A stretch of 64,000 nucleotides of DNA, taken from an uncultured Fibrobacteria bacterium (GTDB lineage Bacteria > Fibrobacterota > Fibrobacteria > UBA11236). The DNA is taken from the NCBI GenBank assembly GCA_963716395.1, contig OY970309.1, positions 2,281,365-2,345,364 of the forward strand. The letters run 5' to 3'. Within the stretch, counting starts at the first letter, position 1. Each line of letters starts with the position of its first letter. The notes beneath the pieces are model-generated. The model did no database searches. It worked only from the letters and a program-made list of their open reading frames with translations, and was not told where the DNA came from. Below, piece after piece: positions 28,311 through 37,285 of the stretch. The position numbers were made by a program, and so were the translations under genes.

Positions 28311-29534
28311 ATGCGAAAAATCATCAAACTCATCGTCGGGTCGATGCTGACGGCGGCAGGCGGGAGCGTCTGCGCGCAACCGCAATGGGCCTTGGACACC
28401 ACCTTGTCCACCGGGCAATTATCGCAGGGCATCGCCATCACACCCGACAATACCAAAATCATCGTCACCGACAACGTCACGCCCAGCGCGATCCAGATTA
28501 TCTCCACGGCCGACTATTCGATGGTCACGGTGACCTACACTGCCGACGGTTTTCCCAATGCCGTGGCGGTGACGCCCGACGGGTCCGCTGCCCTGGTCAA
28601 CACCACGCATCAGACGCTTTATATCAATCTGGCGACGGATTCCGTCAGCGATTTTTTCGCGGCGCCCTGCGTCGCAACCACCCTGTACGGCCTCGCGGTG
28701 TACGGCGCATCCGCCGTTTATCCCGACCTCAGTTCGGGCTGCACCGAACAGGGGTTGCGGTTCATCAATGCGGAACTGCCTAATTCCGCTTCGACCTTCG
28801 TGCCGATCGCCACCAAGGGGGAATTGACCGGAATCGGAATCCTGGGGAATACGGCGTTGGTGACGGCCTGGAACGCGGCGCCCGTGCTGGTCAATCTCGC
28901 CACCTCCGACACGCAAACCATCGGCGGCATGACCGAGTCCTACGGCGTGGCCATGTTGCATCACAGCAATGAGGCCCTGGTCTTTGACGGCGACTCGGTG
29001 GATCGGGTTTCGCTCGCCACCGGGTCCATTTCCAAAAAAATAGCGCCCCTGTCTTCCAACACCGGATTCCAAAACCTCGCCATCACCAAGGACGACAAGT
29101 ACGCTTTCGCGATCGGCTCTTTTGAAGAACGGATCATCGCTCTGGCCAATGACTCGGTGCTCCAAACTTTTCCCATCGGGGGCGTCAGCGTCGCCGCCGA
29201 TTCGGATGGCTCGGCGTTTTACGTTACCGACAGCTATGGCGGGCAGGTGCGGGTTTATAAAGCTGTCGGTAACTCTTCCCTCAGCGGCCTGAAAAAAATT
29301 CCATCGGGGATTTTCGTTTTCCCCAGCGTCACGTCCGGAATCATTACGATCCGGGGATCGGGGGAAAACGCCGCGGTGAATATTTACAACATGCTGGGCG
29401 TCACGATTTACCATGCGGATTTTCTGGCGCTGCGGCAGGAGTCGGTGGATTTATCCGCCCGGCCGAAAGGAATCTACGCCGTCAAAGTCAGAGCCGGCAA
29501 TCAGGTCGGAATGCAAAAAATCCTGATTCAATAA
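28311..29534 (+). CDS. Secreted beta-propeller repeat protein (YVTN/YncE-like) with a T9SS-type C-terminal sorting domain
   Basis: ATG at 28311 with a GAGGGGGGA Shine-Dalgarno. Signal peptide MRKIIKLIVGSMLTAAGGSVCA. Repeated ...ITPDN.K..VTD... propeller blades. C-terminal ...VNIYNMLGVTIYHADF...KGIYAVKVRAGNQVGMQKILIQ. The ORF-track start at 28065 is upstream junk. Confidence 0.65.
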   Translation: MRKIIKLIVGSMLTAAGGSVCAQPQWALDTTLSTGQLSQGIAITPDNTKIIVTDNVTPSAIQIISTADYSMVTVTYTADGFPNAVAVTPDGSAALVNTTHQTLYINLATDSVSDFFAAPCVATTLYGLAVYGASAVYPDLSSGCTEQGLRFINAELPNSASTFVPIATKGELTGIGILGNTALVTAWNAAPVLVNLATSDTQTIGGMTESYGVAMLHHSNEALVFDGDSVDRVSLATGSISKKIAPLSSNTGFQNLAITKDDKYAFAIGSFEERIIALANDSVLQTFPIGGVSVAADSDGSAFYVTDSYGGQVRVYKAVGNSSLSGLKKIPSGIFVFPSVTSGIITIRGSGENAAVNIYNMLGVTIYHADFLALRQESVDLSARPKGIYAVKVRAGNQVGMQKILIQ

Positions 29535-29659
29535 AACCGGCAGGATTTTTTCCTGGCGGCGGAAGGGCTTGGTCCCATTCCGCCTTGGCCTTGCAAGCGG
29601 CATCGGCAAAACGCCGCGCCAGCATTTCTATTTGTGAATCAAATGGTATCTTGGCTGCC

Positions 29660-30346
29660 GTGAAAATCCTCCTCCTTGAGGATGAGGCCGAACTCGCCCA
29701 ATCCATTTCCACCTTCCTGAAAAAGGGCGGCCACATCGTCGAGGTCGCGTCTTCCCTGGTGGCCGCCCGGCAAGCCTTGGCCAATGTCCAGGATTGCGTG
29801 CTCGTGGACATTTTGCTCCCCGATGGAAACGGCCTGGATCTCCTCCGGGAACTCAAGTCGGGGAACCCGGAAATCGGGATTATCATCATTTCGGCCAAGG
29901 ATTCCGTGGGCGATAAGATTCATGGCCTGGAATTGGGAGCGGACGACTACCTGGCCAAACCCTTCCATCTCGGCGAACTCCATGCGCGTATCAAGTCGCT
30001 CGCCCGGAGAAAGCAGCGCCAAGGCTCGACCGTTCTCGAATGCGGAGGCATTCGGTTGCATCCGGACTCGATGGAAGCGCTCATCCGCGGCCAGACCCTG
30101 GCGCTGACTCCCAAGGAGTTCGAATTGCTCCTGTATTTTATGACCAACCGCAATCGCGTCCTGTCCAAGCAATCTTTGCTAGAGCACCTCTGGGAAAACA
30201 TGGCGCTCGGCGCCGATTCGCATGATTTCATCTATGCCCACATCAAAAACCTGCGCCGGAAAATTTTCCAATCCGGAGGCGAGGATCCCATCAAGACGGT
30301 GTATGGTCTGGGCTACCGCTTCGTCGCCGAGCCGCCCGACTCGTGA
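29660..30346 (+). CDS. OmpR-family response regulator (CusR/CzcR/CopR-like)
   Basis: GTG start giving MKILLLEDE..., receiver Asp (LVDILLPD) and a winged-helix C-terminus ...VYGLGYRFV. It overlaps the downstream kinase gene (GTGA). Confidence 0.9.
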   Translation: MKILLLEDEAELAQSISTFLKKGGHIVEVASSLVAARQALANVQDCVLVDILLPDGNGLDLLRELKSGNPEIGIIIISAKDSVGDKIHGLELGADDYLAKPFHLGELHARIKSLARRKQRQGSTVLECGGIRLHPDSMEALIRGQTLALTPKEFELLLYFMTNRNRVLSKQSLLEHLWENMALGADSHDFIYAHIKNLRRKIFQSGGEDPIKTVYGLGYRFVAEPPDS

Positions 30347-31621
30347 AGCTACTCACCAAAACCACCCTCGTCACCGCCGTTACATCTCTGTTACTGGCCC
30401 TTCCGGCGGGCTGGGTGGGATACCGCTTGGTGCAGGCGGAGGTCGGCAAGGAGGTGGACGGACAACTCCTTTCCCTGGCGGCCTCCCTGCAAGGGCAACT
30501 CGCCGGCCTGATTGCGGTTTCACCCATCGGGGCCCGCATCCGGGTCGATGCGATTCCCGCGGATAGCCTCCCCTCCGCGGTTTTCCGGGACACCCTGCTG
30601 CCCGATCCCATCGAAGGGGAACCCGTTCCTTTCCGCCTGTACGCTTATTCCGCCTGGGAAAACGGAAAACATTTCCACATCCTCCTGGGACTCCCGCGCT
30701 TGGAATCGGATGATTTGCTGGGAGACATCGCCATTTCCTTGGGAACCATCTTGGCCTTGCTCCTCGCGGGTTTGCTGGGGACCAACCTGGCGGTGTCCCG
30801 CAGCGTATGGAAACCATTCCGGCAAACCCTGGCCGCGCTTGCGACCCATGACTGGTCCAAACCGGACGCTCTCAGCCTTCCATCCACGCGCATACGGGAG
30901 TTCCAAACCCTGAACGCAACCCTTGCGGATATGAGCGAACGCATCCGAAGCCACATCAGTAACCTCCGCGATTTCACGGGAAACGCAGCGCATGAGATGC
31001 AGACACCGTTGGCCGTCGTCCTGGCCAAGCTGGAAAATCTTCCGGACGCGGGCGCTTGGACTCCGGAACAGGCGCGGGAAATACAGGATATGCACGCGGC
31101 CACCGTCCGACTTGGTGCGTTTGAACAAGGCATTGCTGCTGCTGACCCGGCTGGAAGGGGAACATTTCCTCAAGCGGGTTCCGTTCGATCTGGGGGCGGA
31201 AGCGCTTCGCCTCCTCCAGGACTTTTCCGACCTCCTGGAAATGAAACGCATTCACGTTGAGGTTCACCCCGGTCCATCCCTGGTGGCGAACCTAAATCCC
31301 GACCTCGCCGCCATCCTCCTCTCCAACCTCATTCGCAATGCGATTCAGCACAATCTCTCCGGCGGCACCCTCACCTTACGCACGGGTGCGAACGCGCTCA
31401 TCCTGGAGAATACGGGGGAGCCGTTGGGCGTTCCCCCCGAATCCCTGTTTGAACGTTTCCACAAGGGTAATCCCACCTCGGAATCCACCGGCCTCGGCCT
31501 TTCCATCGCACGAAAAATCTGCGACCTGAGCGGCCTCGATCTGGAATACGCATACCGCGAGGGGTTGCACACCCTGACCCTGAGAACGCGACTTCAGAAT
31601 TCCATCAGAATTGGATTGTAG
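30343..31621 (+). CDS. Sensor histidine kinase (CusS/CzcS-like, periplasmic sensing) with an apparent frameshift near 31095..31115
   Basis: In the 30343 frame: two TM helices flanking a periplasmic domain, then the H-box NAAHEMQTPLAVV. From about 31100 the continuation (DLVRLNKALLLLTRLEGE..., N-box LIRNAIQHN, G-boxes ENTGEPLGV and GLGLSIA) is in the +1 frame (ORF 30992..31621). Confidence 0.75.
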
Positions 31622-31714
31622 CTTGGTCCGCTCACAACTTGGTTGCCGTAATCTTGGTGCCGTTTTCACCAAGGAGTCGAAGATGTCCCACCAAATATCC
31701 GCAAGCTTGGCTAT

Positions 31715-33073
31715 ATGCGCCGCTATTTAATCATCGTTTTGGGAATTTTGGCCGGGTGCGCCACGTATCATCCAAAACCTATTTCACCGGAAAAAACGGC
31801 GCATGCTTTCGAGGCGCGGTCGCTGTCGGATAGCAATCTCGTGGCGTTTTTGAAAACGAACGGCTTCAGCGGTTCGTGGGATCTACCATCGTTGACGCTG
31901 GTGGCATTTTATTGTCAGCCGGCGCTGGCCGAAGCGCGCGCGCAATGGGCAATGGCTGCCGCCGGAAAGATCACCGCCGGCGAACGGCCAAATCCGAACC
32001 TTGGTTTCACACCCACGCGCGACGTGACAACCGCTCCGCCATGGATTTTTGGGGTGACCTGGGACATCCCGATTGAAACCATGGGCAAACGCGGCCAACG
32101 CATTGCGCAGGCAAAAAATCTGACGGAAGCGGCGAAATGGGATTTCGTTTCCGCGGCGTGGCAGGTGAGAAGTCGCGTTCGCGCGGCGCTGCTCGCGCTT
32201 TATGCCGCGCGCGAAAATGATTCGCTGTCCGCGGAGCAGGAGGCCGCGCAAAGCCAAGTTGTTCGCCTGCTCGCAGGCCAGTTCTCCGCCGGCAGCATTT
32301 CGAGTTTTGCCGTCACGCAGGCCCGCGTCGCTTTGGAAAACACCCAATTGGCGCGTCAGGATGCCCTCGGCCAATTGGATCAGGCGCGTGTGCAATTGGC
32401 CGCCGCGCTCGGCCTGCCGCTGCGCGCGCTCGACAGCGTGGACATTTCTTTCGAAGACTTCCAAAATTTTCCTGCCGATTTGACGGCACCGAAAACCCTG
32501 CGGGAAGCGGTTTTGAACCGCGCCGACATTCGCAGCGCGCTGGCCAGTTATGCCGCGAGCCAATCCGCGCTGCAATTGGAAATTGCCAAGCAATATCCCG
32601 ACATTCATCTCGGTCCCGGCTATGAATTGGATCAGACGGACAATAAATGGTCGCTGGGCCTGTCTTTGGATTTGCCGATTTTGAACCATAATCAAGGCGG
32701 CGTTGCCGAAGCGAAAGCCAATCGCGCCGCCGCGGCCGCGCATTTTCTCACCGTGCAGACCAATGCGATTGCAGAAATCGGTTTGGCGATGGCCGGCTAT
32801 CGCGCCGCGTTGCGCAAATCGGCGACGGCGAAAAATCTGCTGGACGATTTGCAGCAGCAATTGCAATCCGTGCGTGCGCAGGCCCAAGCCGGGGAAATCG
32901 ACGCCTTGACGCTGGCGAACGCGGAAGTGGAATTCATCCTCGGGAAGCAAAATCACATGAACGCCATCCTGCAAGCGCAGCAGGCCTTCGGGCAGTTGGA
33001 GGACGCAGTGCAGAGCCCGCTGACGCTGAAACCATCGGAAATAAACGCGGTGCAAAACCAAGGTCAAGAATGA
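31715..33073 (+). CDS. Outer-membrane efflux protein (TolC/CzcC-family OMF) lipoprotein
   Basis: Lipobox LAGC. Two-repeat OMF architecture with coiled-coil-rich alpha-helical segments. First gene of the OMF-MFP-RND operon, in czcCBA-like order. Confidence 0.85.
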   Translation: MRRYLIIVLGILAGCATYHPKPISPEKTAHAFEARSLSDSNLVAFLKTNGFSGSWDLPSLTLVAFYCQPALAEARAQWAMAAAGKITAGERPNPNLGFTPTRDVTTAPPWIFGVTWDIPIETMGKRGQRIAQAKNLTEAAKWDFVSAAWQVRSRVRAALLALYAARENDSLSAEQEAAQSQVVRLLAGQFSAGSISSFAVTQARVALENTQLARQDALGQLDQARVQLAAALGLPLRALDSVDISFEDFQNFPADLTAPKTLREAVLNRADIRSALASYAASQSALQLEIAKQYPDIHLGPGYELDQTDNKWSLGLSLDLPILNHNQGGVAEAKANRAAAAAHFLTVQTNAIAEIGLAMAGYRAALRKSATAKNLLDDLQQQLQSVRAQAQAGEIDALTLANAEVEFILGKQNHMNAILQAQQAFGQLEDAVQSPLTLKPSEINAVQNQGQE

Positions 33074-34155
33074 AATCAAAACCACTCCTCATCCTCGGAA
33101 TCGCCCTCTGTCTGGTACTCGGCATTTTTGCATTCGTGAAATGGCGCGGGAGCGGCGGACAAAAATCCACCGACGACGCATCGGACGATAAGGTGCCGAC
33201 CATGGTCGCCGTCCAAACCGACACGCTCCGGCGGATGACGTTGCACAATTATGTGAACGGATACGGAGTCGTGGAAGCCGCACCGGCGGCGGGAAGGAGA
33301 TCTGCGGCGGGCGGGATTTTAGCCGCGCCGGGCGCCGGCGTCGTGGCCCAAGTGGATGTGGTCGCCGGTCAGAAAGTGAAAAAAGGCGAGGTGCTGGTGA
33401 AATTGAATTCCGCCACGGCAACTTTTGACTATGCCAAAGCGGAAGTTGAGCGGCAACAACGTTTGTTTGCGCAACAAAATACGTCGCAAAAAAATTTGCA
33501 AGACGCCGAAGCGCAATTGGCGTCGCTGGAAGTCGTCGCGCCGGTTGCCGGCACGGTAACGCGATTGGATGTCCAACCCGGTCAGGCGGTGGATGTCAAC
33601 GCGCCGGTCGCCGAAGTGATTGATTTAAACCGGCTGGCTGTGGCGACTAAAATTCCGGAATCACAAGCGGGCGGATTGAAAGTCGGCGAAGAAGTTCAAA
33701 TTCCGGACGCCGGTGGAAAACCCGCGAACGGGCAGAATGCCCCCACTACCACCAAGCTGGCCTATGTCAGTCCCGCGGTGGACGCAACCGACGGAACGAT
33801 TTCCGCTTGGGCGGTTTTGCCGAAAGACAGCGGATTGCGTCCGGGAGAATTCGTGCCGGTAAAAATCGTCACCGAAACTCGCAGCGATTGTCTGGTTGCG
33901 CCGGACGAAAGCGTGGTGAACGACAATAACGGCAACAGCGTGATTGCGCGGGTGAAAGGGGTGGAGGCGACGCAAGTTCGGGTGCAAACCGGATTGCAAG
34001 AGGATCATTGGATCGAAATCACCGGAACGAATTTGCAGGCGGGCGATTCCGTGGTGACCGTCGGTGCCTACGGTTTGCCGGACCAGACCCAGATCAAAAT
34101 CGTCAATCCGCCGGCGGATAGGTCCTCGGCAACCCCTTCCGTTGACGCGCAATGA
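33070..34155 (+). CDS. Efflux RND transporter periplasmic adaptor subunit (membrane fusion protein, CzcB/HlyD family)
   Basis: N-terminal TM anchor and the lipoyl/beta-barrel MFP pattern (VVAGQKVKKGEVLVKL..., ...VAPVAGTVTRLDVQPG). It overlaps its neighbours by 4 nt on both sides. Confidence 0.85.
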   Translation: MKSKPLLILGIALCLVLGIFAFVKWRGSGGQKSTDDASDDKVPTMVAVQTDTLRRMTLHNYVNGYGVVEAAPAAGRRSAAGGILAAPGAGVVAQVDVVAGQKVKKGEVLVKLNSATATFDYAKAEVERQQRLFAQQNTSQKNLQDAEAQLASLEVVAPVAGTVTRLDVQPGQAVDVNAPVAEVIDLNRLAVATKIPESQAGGLKVGEEVQIPDAGGKPANGQNAPTTTKLAYVSPAVDATDGTISAWAVLPKDSGLRPGEFVPVKIVTETRSDCLVAPDESVVNDNNGNSVIARVKGVEATQVRVQTGLQEDHWIEITGTNLQAGDSVVTVGAYGLPDQTQIKIVNPPADRSSATPSVDAQ

Positions 34156-37100
34156 ATTCCAGCTCTTCTTCGCGCCTGGGCCGGTTCGCGACGCATCACG
34201 CGATTTCCATCGTGTTCGTCGCCATCGTGCTTTGTCTCGCCGGAATTTTTTCCGCGCTGAGAACGCCCTCGTCGGTTTTTCCGCAAACGAATTTCCCGCG
34301 TATTGTCGTCATCGTCAACAACGGTATCATGCCCGCCAAGGAAATGATGGCGACGGTGACGCGGCCAATCGAGGAAGCGATGAAAAGCATTCCCGGCGTC
34401 ACCTCGGTTCGTTCTTCCACGACCCGCGGTTCGGCCATCGTGAATGTGATTTTTACTTGGGGCACCGACATGCAGAAATCCGAGCTTTACGTGCTCGGCA
34501 AGCTTTCGGGAATTCGCGGTGATTTGCCGGCCACGGTCTCCACCGATGTTTCGCGCGTCGCCTTTTCCTTGAGCTATCCCATCATCGGCATCAGCCTGAC
34601 CAGCGATACGCGCAGTCAGATGGATTTGTGGGACAAGGCAAATTACACCATCAAGCCGCTCTTCCTGCAAATACCCGGCATTGCCAACGTGGATATTCTC
34701 GGCGGCCAGGAGCCGGAATATCGCGTCGTGGTGGATCCGCTGAAATTACAGGCGACGCATCTCGGCTTGCAGGACGTGAGCCAGGCGCTGACGCAAAACA
34801 ATCTGGTCGCCGCCGCCGGAATGGTCGTCGAAAACTATCATCTGTATTTGACGACGGTGGACGGCCGGGTCCATTCGCCCGAAGACATCGGCAACGTGGT
34901 CATTGCCGTCCGCGACCATCATCCGATTCAAATCAAAGACGTGGCGTCGGTCGCACGCGCACCGGCGCCGGTTTACACGGACATCACCGCACAAGGCCGA
35001 CAGGCGGTGCTTTTCAACATTGAAAGCCAGCCGGATGCCAGCGTGTTGCAAATTGCCACCGCCTTGAAAAAAGATTTGCAACAGTTGCATCAGGAATTGC
35101 CGCCGGATATGCACCTGACGTTTTTTTACGATCAATCGCAATTCGTGCAAGATTCGATCCGTAGCGTCTGGAGCGCGATCATTTTCGGCCTGATTCTCTC
35201 CATCGGCATCTTGTATTTCTTCCTGAAAAACTGGGGCAGCGTCTGGACGGCCATCGTCACGATTCCCATTTCGGTGCTCATCACCTTCGTCGTTATGAAA
35301 CTCGTCGGTATGAGTTTCAACATGATGACGCTGGGCGGCATCGCGGCGTCCATCGGGTTGATTATTGATAACGCGATTGTCGTCGTTGAGGCCATGTGTC
35401 ATCGCATCGTCGCCGGACGGCCACGGATGGAAGGCATTCACGCGGCGATGGGTGAAATTTCCAAGGCGCTTATCGGCTCGACGTTGACGCCGGTGGTGGT
35501 GTTTTTACCGCTGGCGTTTTTGAGCGGCATGGCCGGGGTTTTTTTCCGTGCCCTGGGCTTGACCATGGTCGTGTCCTTACTTGTGTCCTTGCTATTGGCC
35601 ATTACGCTGACGCCGTCGCTGGCGGCGTGGTTGATTCGCGGTCGAACCCAAGCGGTTGCCACCGCTGAAGAAGGTGGATTTTTGCTAAGGCCGATATTGC
35701 GGATTTATGAAGCGTCGGTGCGCTGGGCGTTGCGTCACGCGTGGCTGACGCTGCTGGCGTGTGGAATGATTTTCGTCGCGAGCCTCTTCATTTTCCGGCA
35801 ATTGGAAACCGGCTTTCTGCCGGATTTTGACGAAGGCGGGTTCGTCATGGATTACACTGCGCGGCCGGGCACGAGTCTCGCCGAAACCGCGCGCATTTTG
35901 GATGAAGCGGAAAAAAGCATTCGCGCCAATGCCGACGTGGAAGGCTATTCGCGTCGGCTGGGCGCACAGCTTGGGCCGTTTATATCCGAACCCTACGTGG
36001 GCGATTACCTTATCAAGCTCAAAGCGAATCGCAAACACACCACCGAAGAAGTTCTGGCCGCGATGCGGCATGATTTCAACCGTCGCTTCCCGATGGTGCA
36101 ATGGGATTTCCACGGTTACTTGGATGATTTAATCGGCGATTTGCAAATGGCGCCGACGCCGGTTGAGGTCAAATTGTTTTCGCCGGACATGGCCTGGCTG
36201 AAAACGAGCGCGCCGCGCATCGCGGATCAAATTCAGCAAATTCCCGGGGTGGTGGACGTCTTCAACGGCCTGACGGAAAGCGGGCCTTCCATTAATCTGC
36301 GCGTGCGCCCCGCGGACGCAGAACGCTTCGGCCTGACCACCCAATCCATCGCCGATGCCGTGAATACCGCGCTGCTCGGGGAAGTTTCGTCCTATGTCCT
36401 GAAAGGCGACCGGGTCATCAACATCCGCGTGGTGGCCGAGCCCAAAAGCGTGAACACGATTGCCAAACTGCGCAATTTGCCCATCCGCACGCCGGAGGGC
36501 GCCGTCGTGCGCGTGGAGCAAGTCGCCGACTTGAGTATTGCGCCGAACGAAGTGGAATTAAACCGCGAAGATTTGCGGCAGGACGACATCGTTTCCGCAC
36601 GGCTGGAAGGTGTCGACCTCGGCACGGCGATGCATGAGATCCAGTCCAAATTGAGGCGGGACAGTTGGTTGCCGCCCGGCTCGGTGGAATACGGCGGGCT
36701 TTATCATTTGCAACAACAATCGTTTCGCAACTTGTTGGCCGTACTGCTGGCGGCCATCTTGCTTGTGTTCACCATGCTGCTGATTGAATTCCGTTCGTTC
36801 TACGAACCGATGGCCATCGTCTTCGGCTCCGTGCTGGCCTTGTTCGGCGCGTTGGCGGCTCTGTGGATTACCGGAATTTCGCTCAACATCATTTCCTTTC
36901 TCGGCATGATTATCGGCGTCGGCATCGTCGCCAAAAATGGCATTCTCGTGCTGGATTATTTTCAACAACTGCGCGCGCAAGGCGTGGAACTTGTCGAGGC
37001 GCTGGTGCAGGCCGGCCATCGTCGCTTGCGTCCGGTGTTGATGACCTCGCTGGCGGCGGCGCTGGGCATGTTGCCGTTGGCCTGGGGCGCCGGCACCGGC

Positions 37101-37256
37101 GCGCAAATGCTCCAGCCGCTCGGCATCGCCGTGATCGGCGCGCTGTTCATTTCCGTGGTGCTGTCGCTCATCACCACGCCGGTCGTGTATTATTTGCTGA
37201 TGCGAATCCATCTGCGGTTTTTGAAAAAGCATCCCGCGGGTGAATTGGCAACTTGA
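34152..37256 (+). CDS. Efflux RND transporter permease (AcrB/CzcA/CusA family, 1034 aa)
   Basis: Twelve TM helices and two large periplasmic loops, typical of the family. The HME- versus HAE-type cannot be determined without an alignment. Confidence 0.9.
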   Translation: MNSSSSSRLGRFATHHAISIVFVAIVLCLAGIFSALRTPSSVFPQTNFPRIVVIVNNGIMPAKEMMATVTRPIEEAMKSIPGVTSVRSSTTRGSAIVNVIFTWGTDMQKSELYVLGKLSGIRGDLPATVSTDVSRVAFSLSYPIIGISLTSDTRSQMDLWDKANYTIKPLFLQIPGIANVDILGGQEPEYRVVVDPLKLQATHLGLQDVSQALTQNNLVAAAGMVVENYHLYLTTVDGRVHSPEDIGNVVIAVRDHHPIQIKDVASVARAPAPVYTDITAQGRQAVLFNIESQPDASVLQIATALKKDLQQLHQELPPDMHLTFFYDQSQFVQDSIRSVWSAIIFGLILSIGILYFFLKNWGSVWTAIVTIPISVLITFVVMKLVGMSFNMMTLGGIAASIGLIIDNAIVVVEAMCHRIVAGRPRMEGIHAAMGEISKALIGSTLTPVVVFLPLAFLSGMAGVFFRALGLTMVVSLLVSLLLAITLTPSLAAWLIRGRTQAVATAEEGGFLLRPILRIYEASVRWALRHAWLTLLACGMIFVASLFIFRQLETGFLPDFDEGGFVMDYTARPGTSLAETARILDEAEKSIRANADVEGYSRRLGAQLGPFISEPYVGDYLIKLKANRKHTTEEVLAAMRHDFNRRFPMVQWDFHGYLDDLIGDLQMAPTPVEVKLFSPDMAWLKTSAPRIADQIQQIPGVVDVFNGLTESGPSINLRVRPADAERFGLTTQSIADAVNTALLGEVSSYVLKGDRVINIRVVAEPKSVNTIAKLRNLPIRTPEGAVVRVEQVADLSIAPNEVELNREDLRQDDIVSARLEGVDLGTAMHEIQSKLRRDSWLPPGSVEYGGLYHLQQQSFRNLLAVLLAAILLVFTMLLIEFRSFYEPMAIVFGSVLALFGALAALWITGISLNIISFLGMIIGVGIVAKNGILVLDYFQQLRAQGVELVEALVQAGHRRLRPVLMTSLAAALGMLPLAWGAGTGAQMLQPLGIAVIGALFISVVLSLITTPVVYYLLMRIHLRFLKKHPAGELAT

Positions 37257-37285
37257 TCAGCCCAAAGGACAATTCCTAAATCAAA

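Noticed and set aside
28419-29414. 331-aa minus-strand ORF overlapping the beta-propeller gene
   Set aside because: Antisense with Arg/Gly-rich composition.
31883-33085. 400-aa minus-strand ORF overlapping the OMF gene
   Set aside because: Antisense. The OMF on the plus strand has a lipobox and TolC-family repeats.
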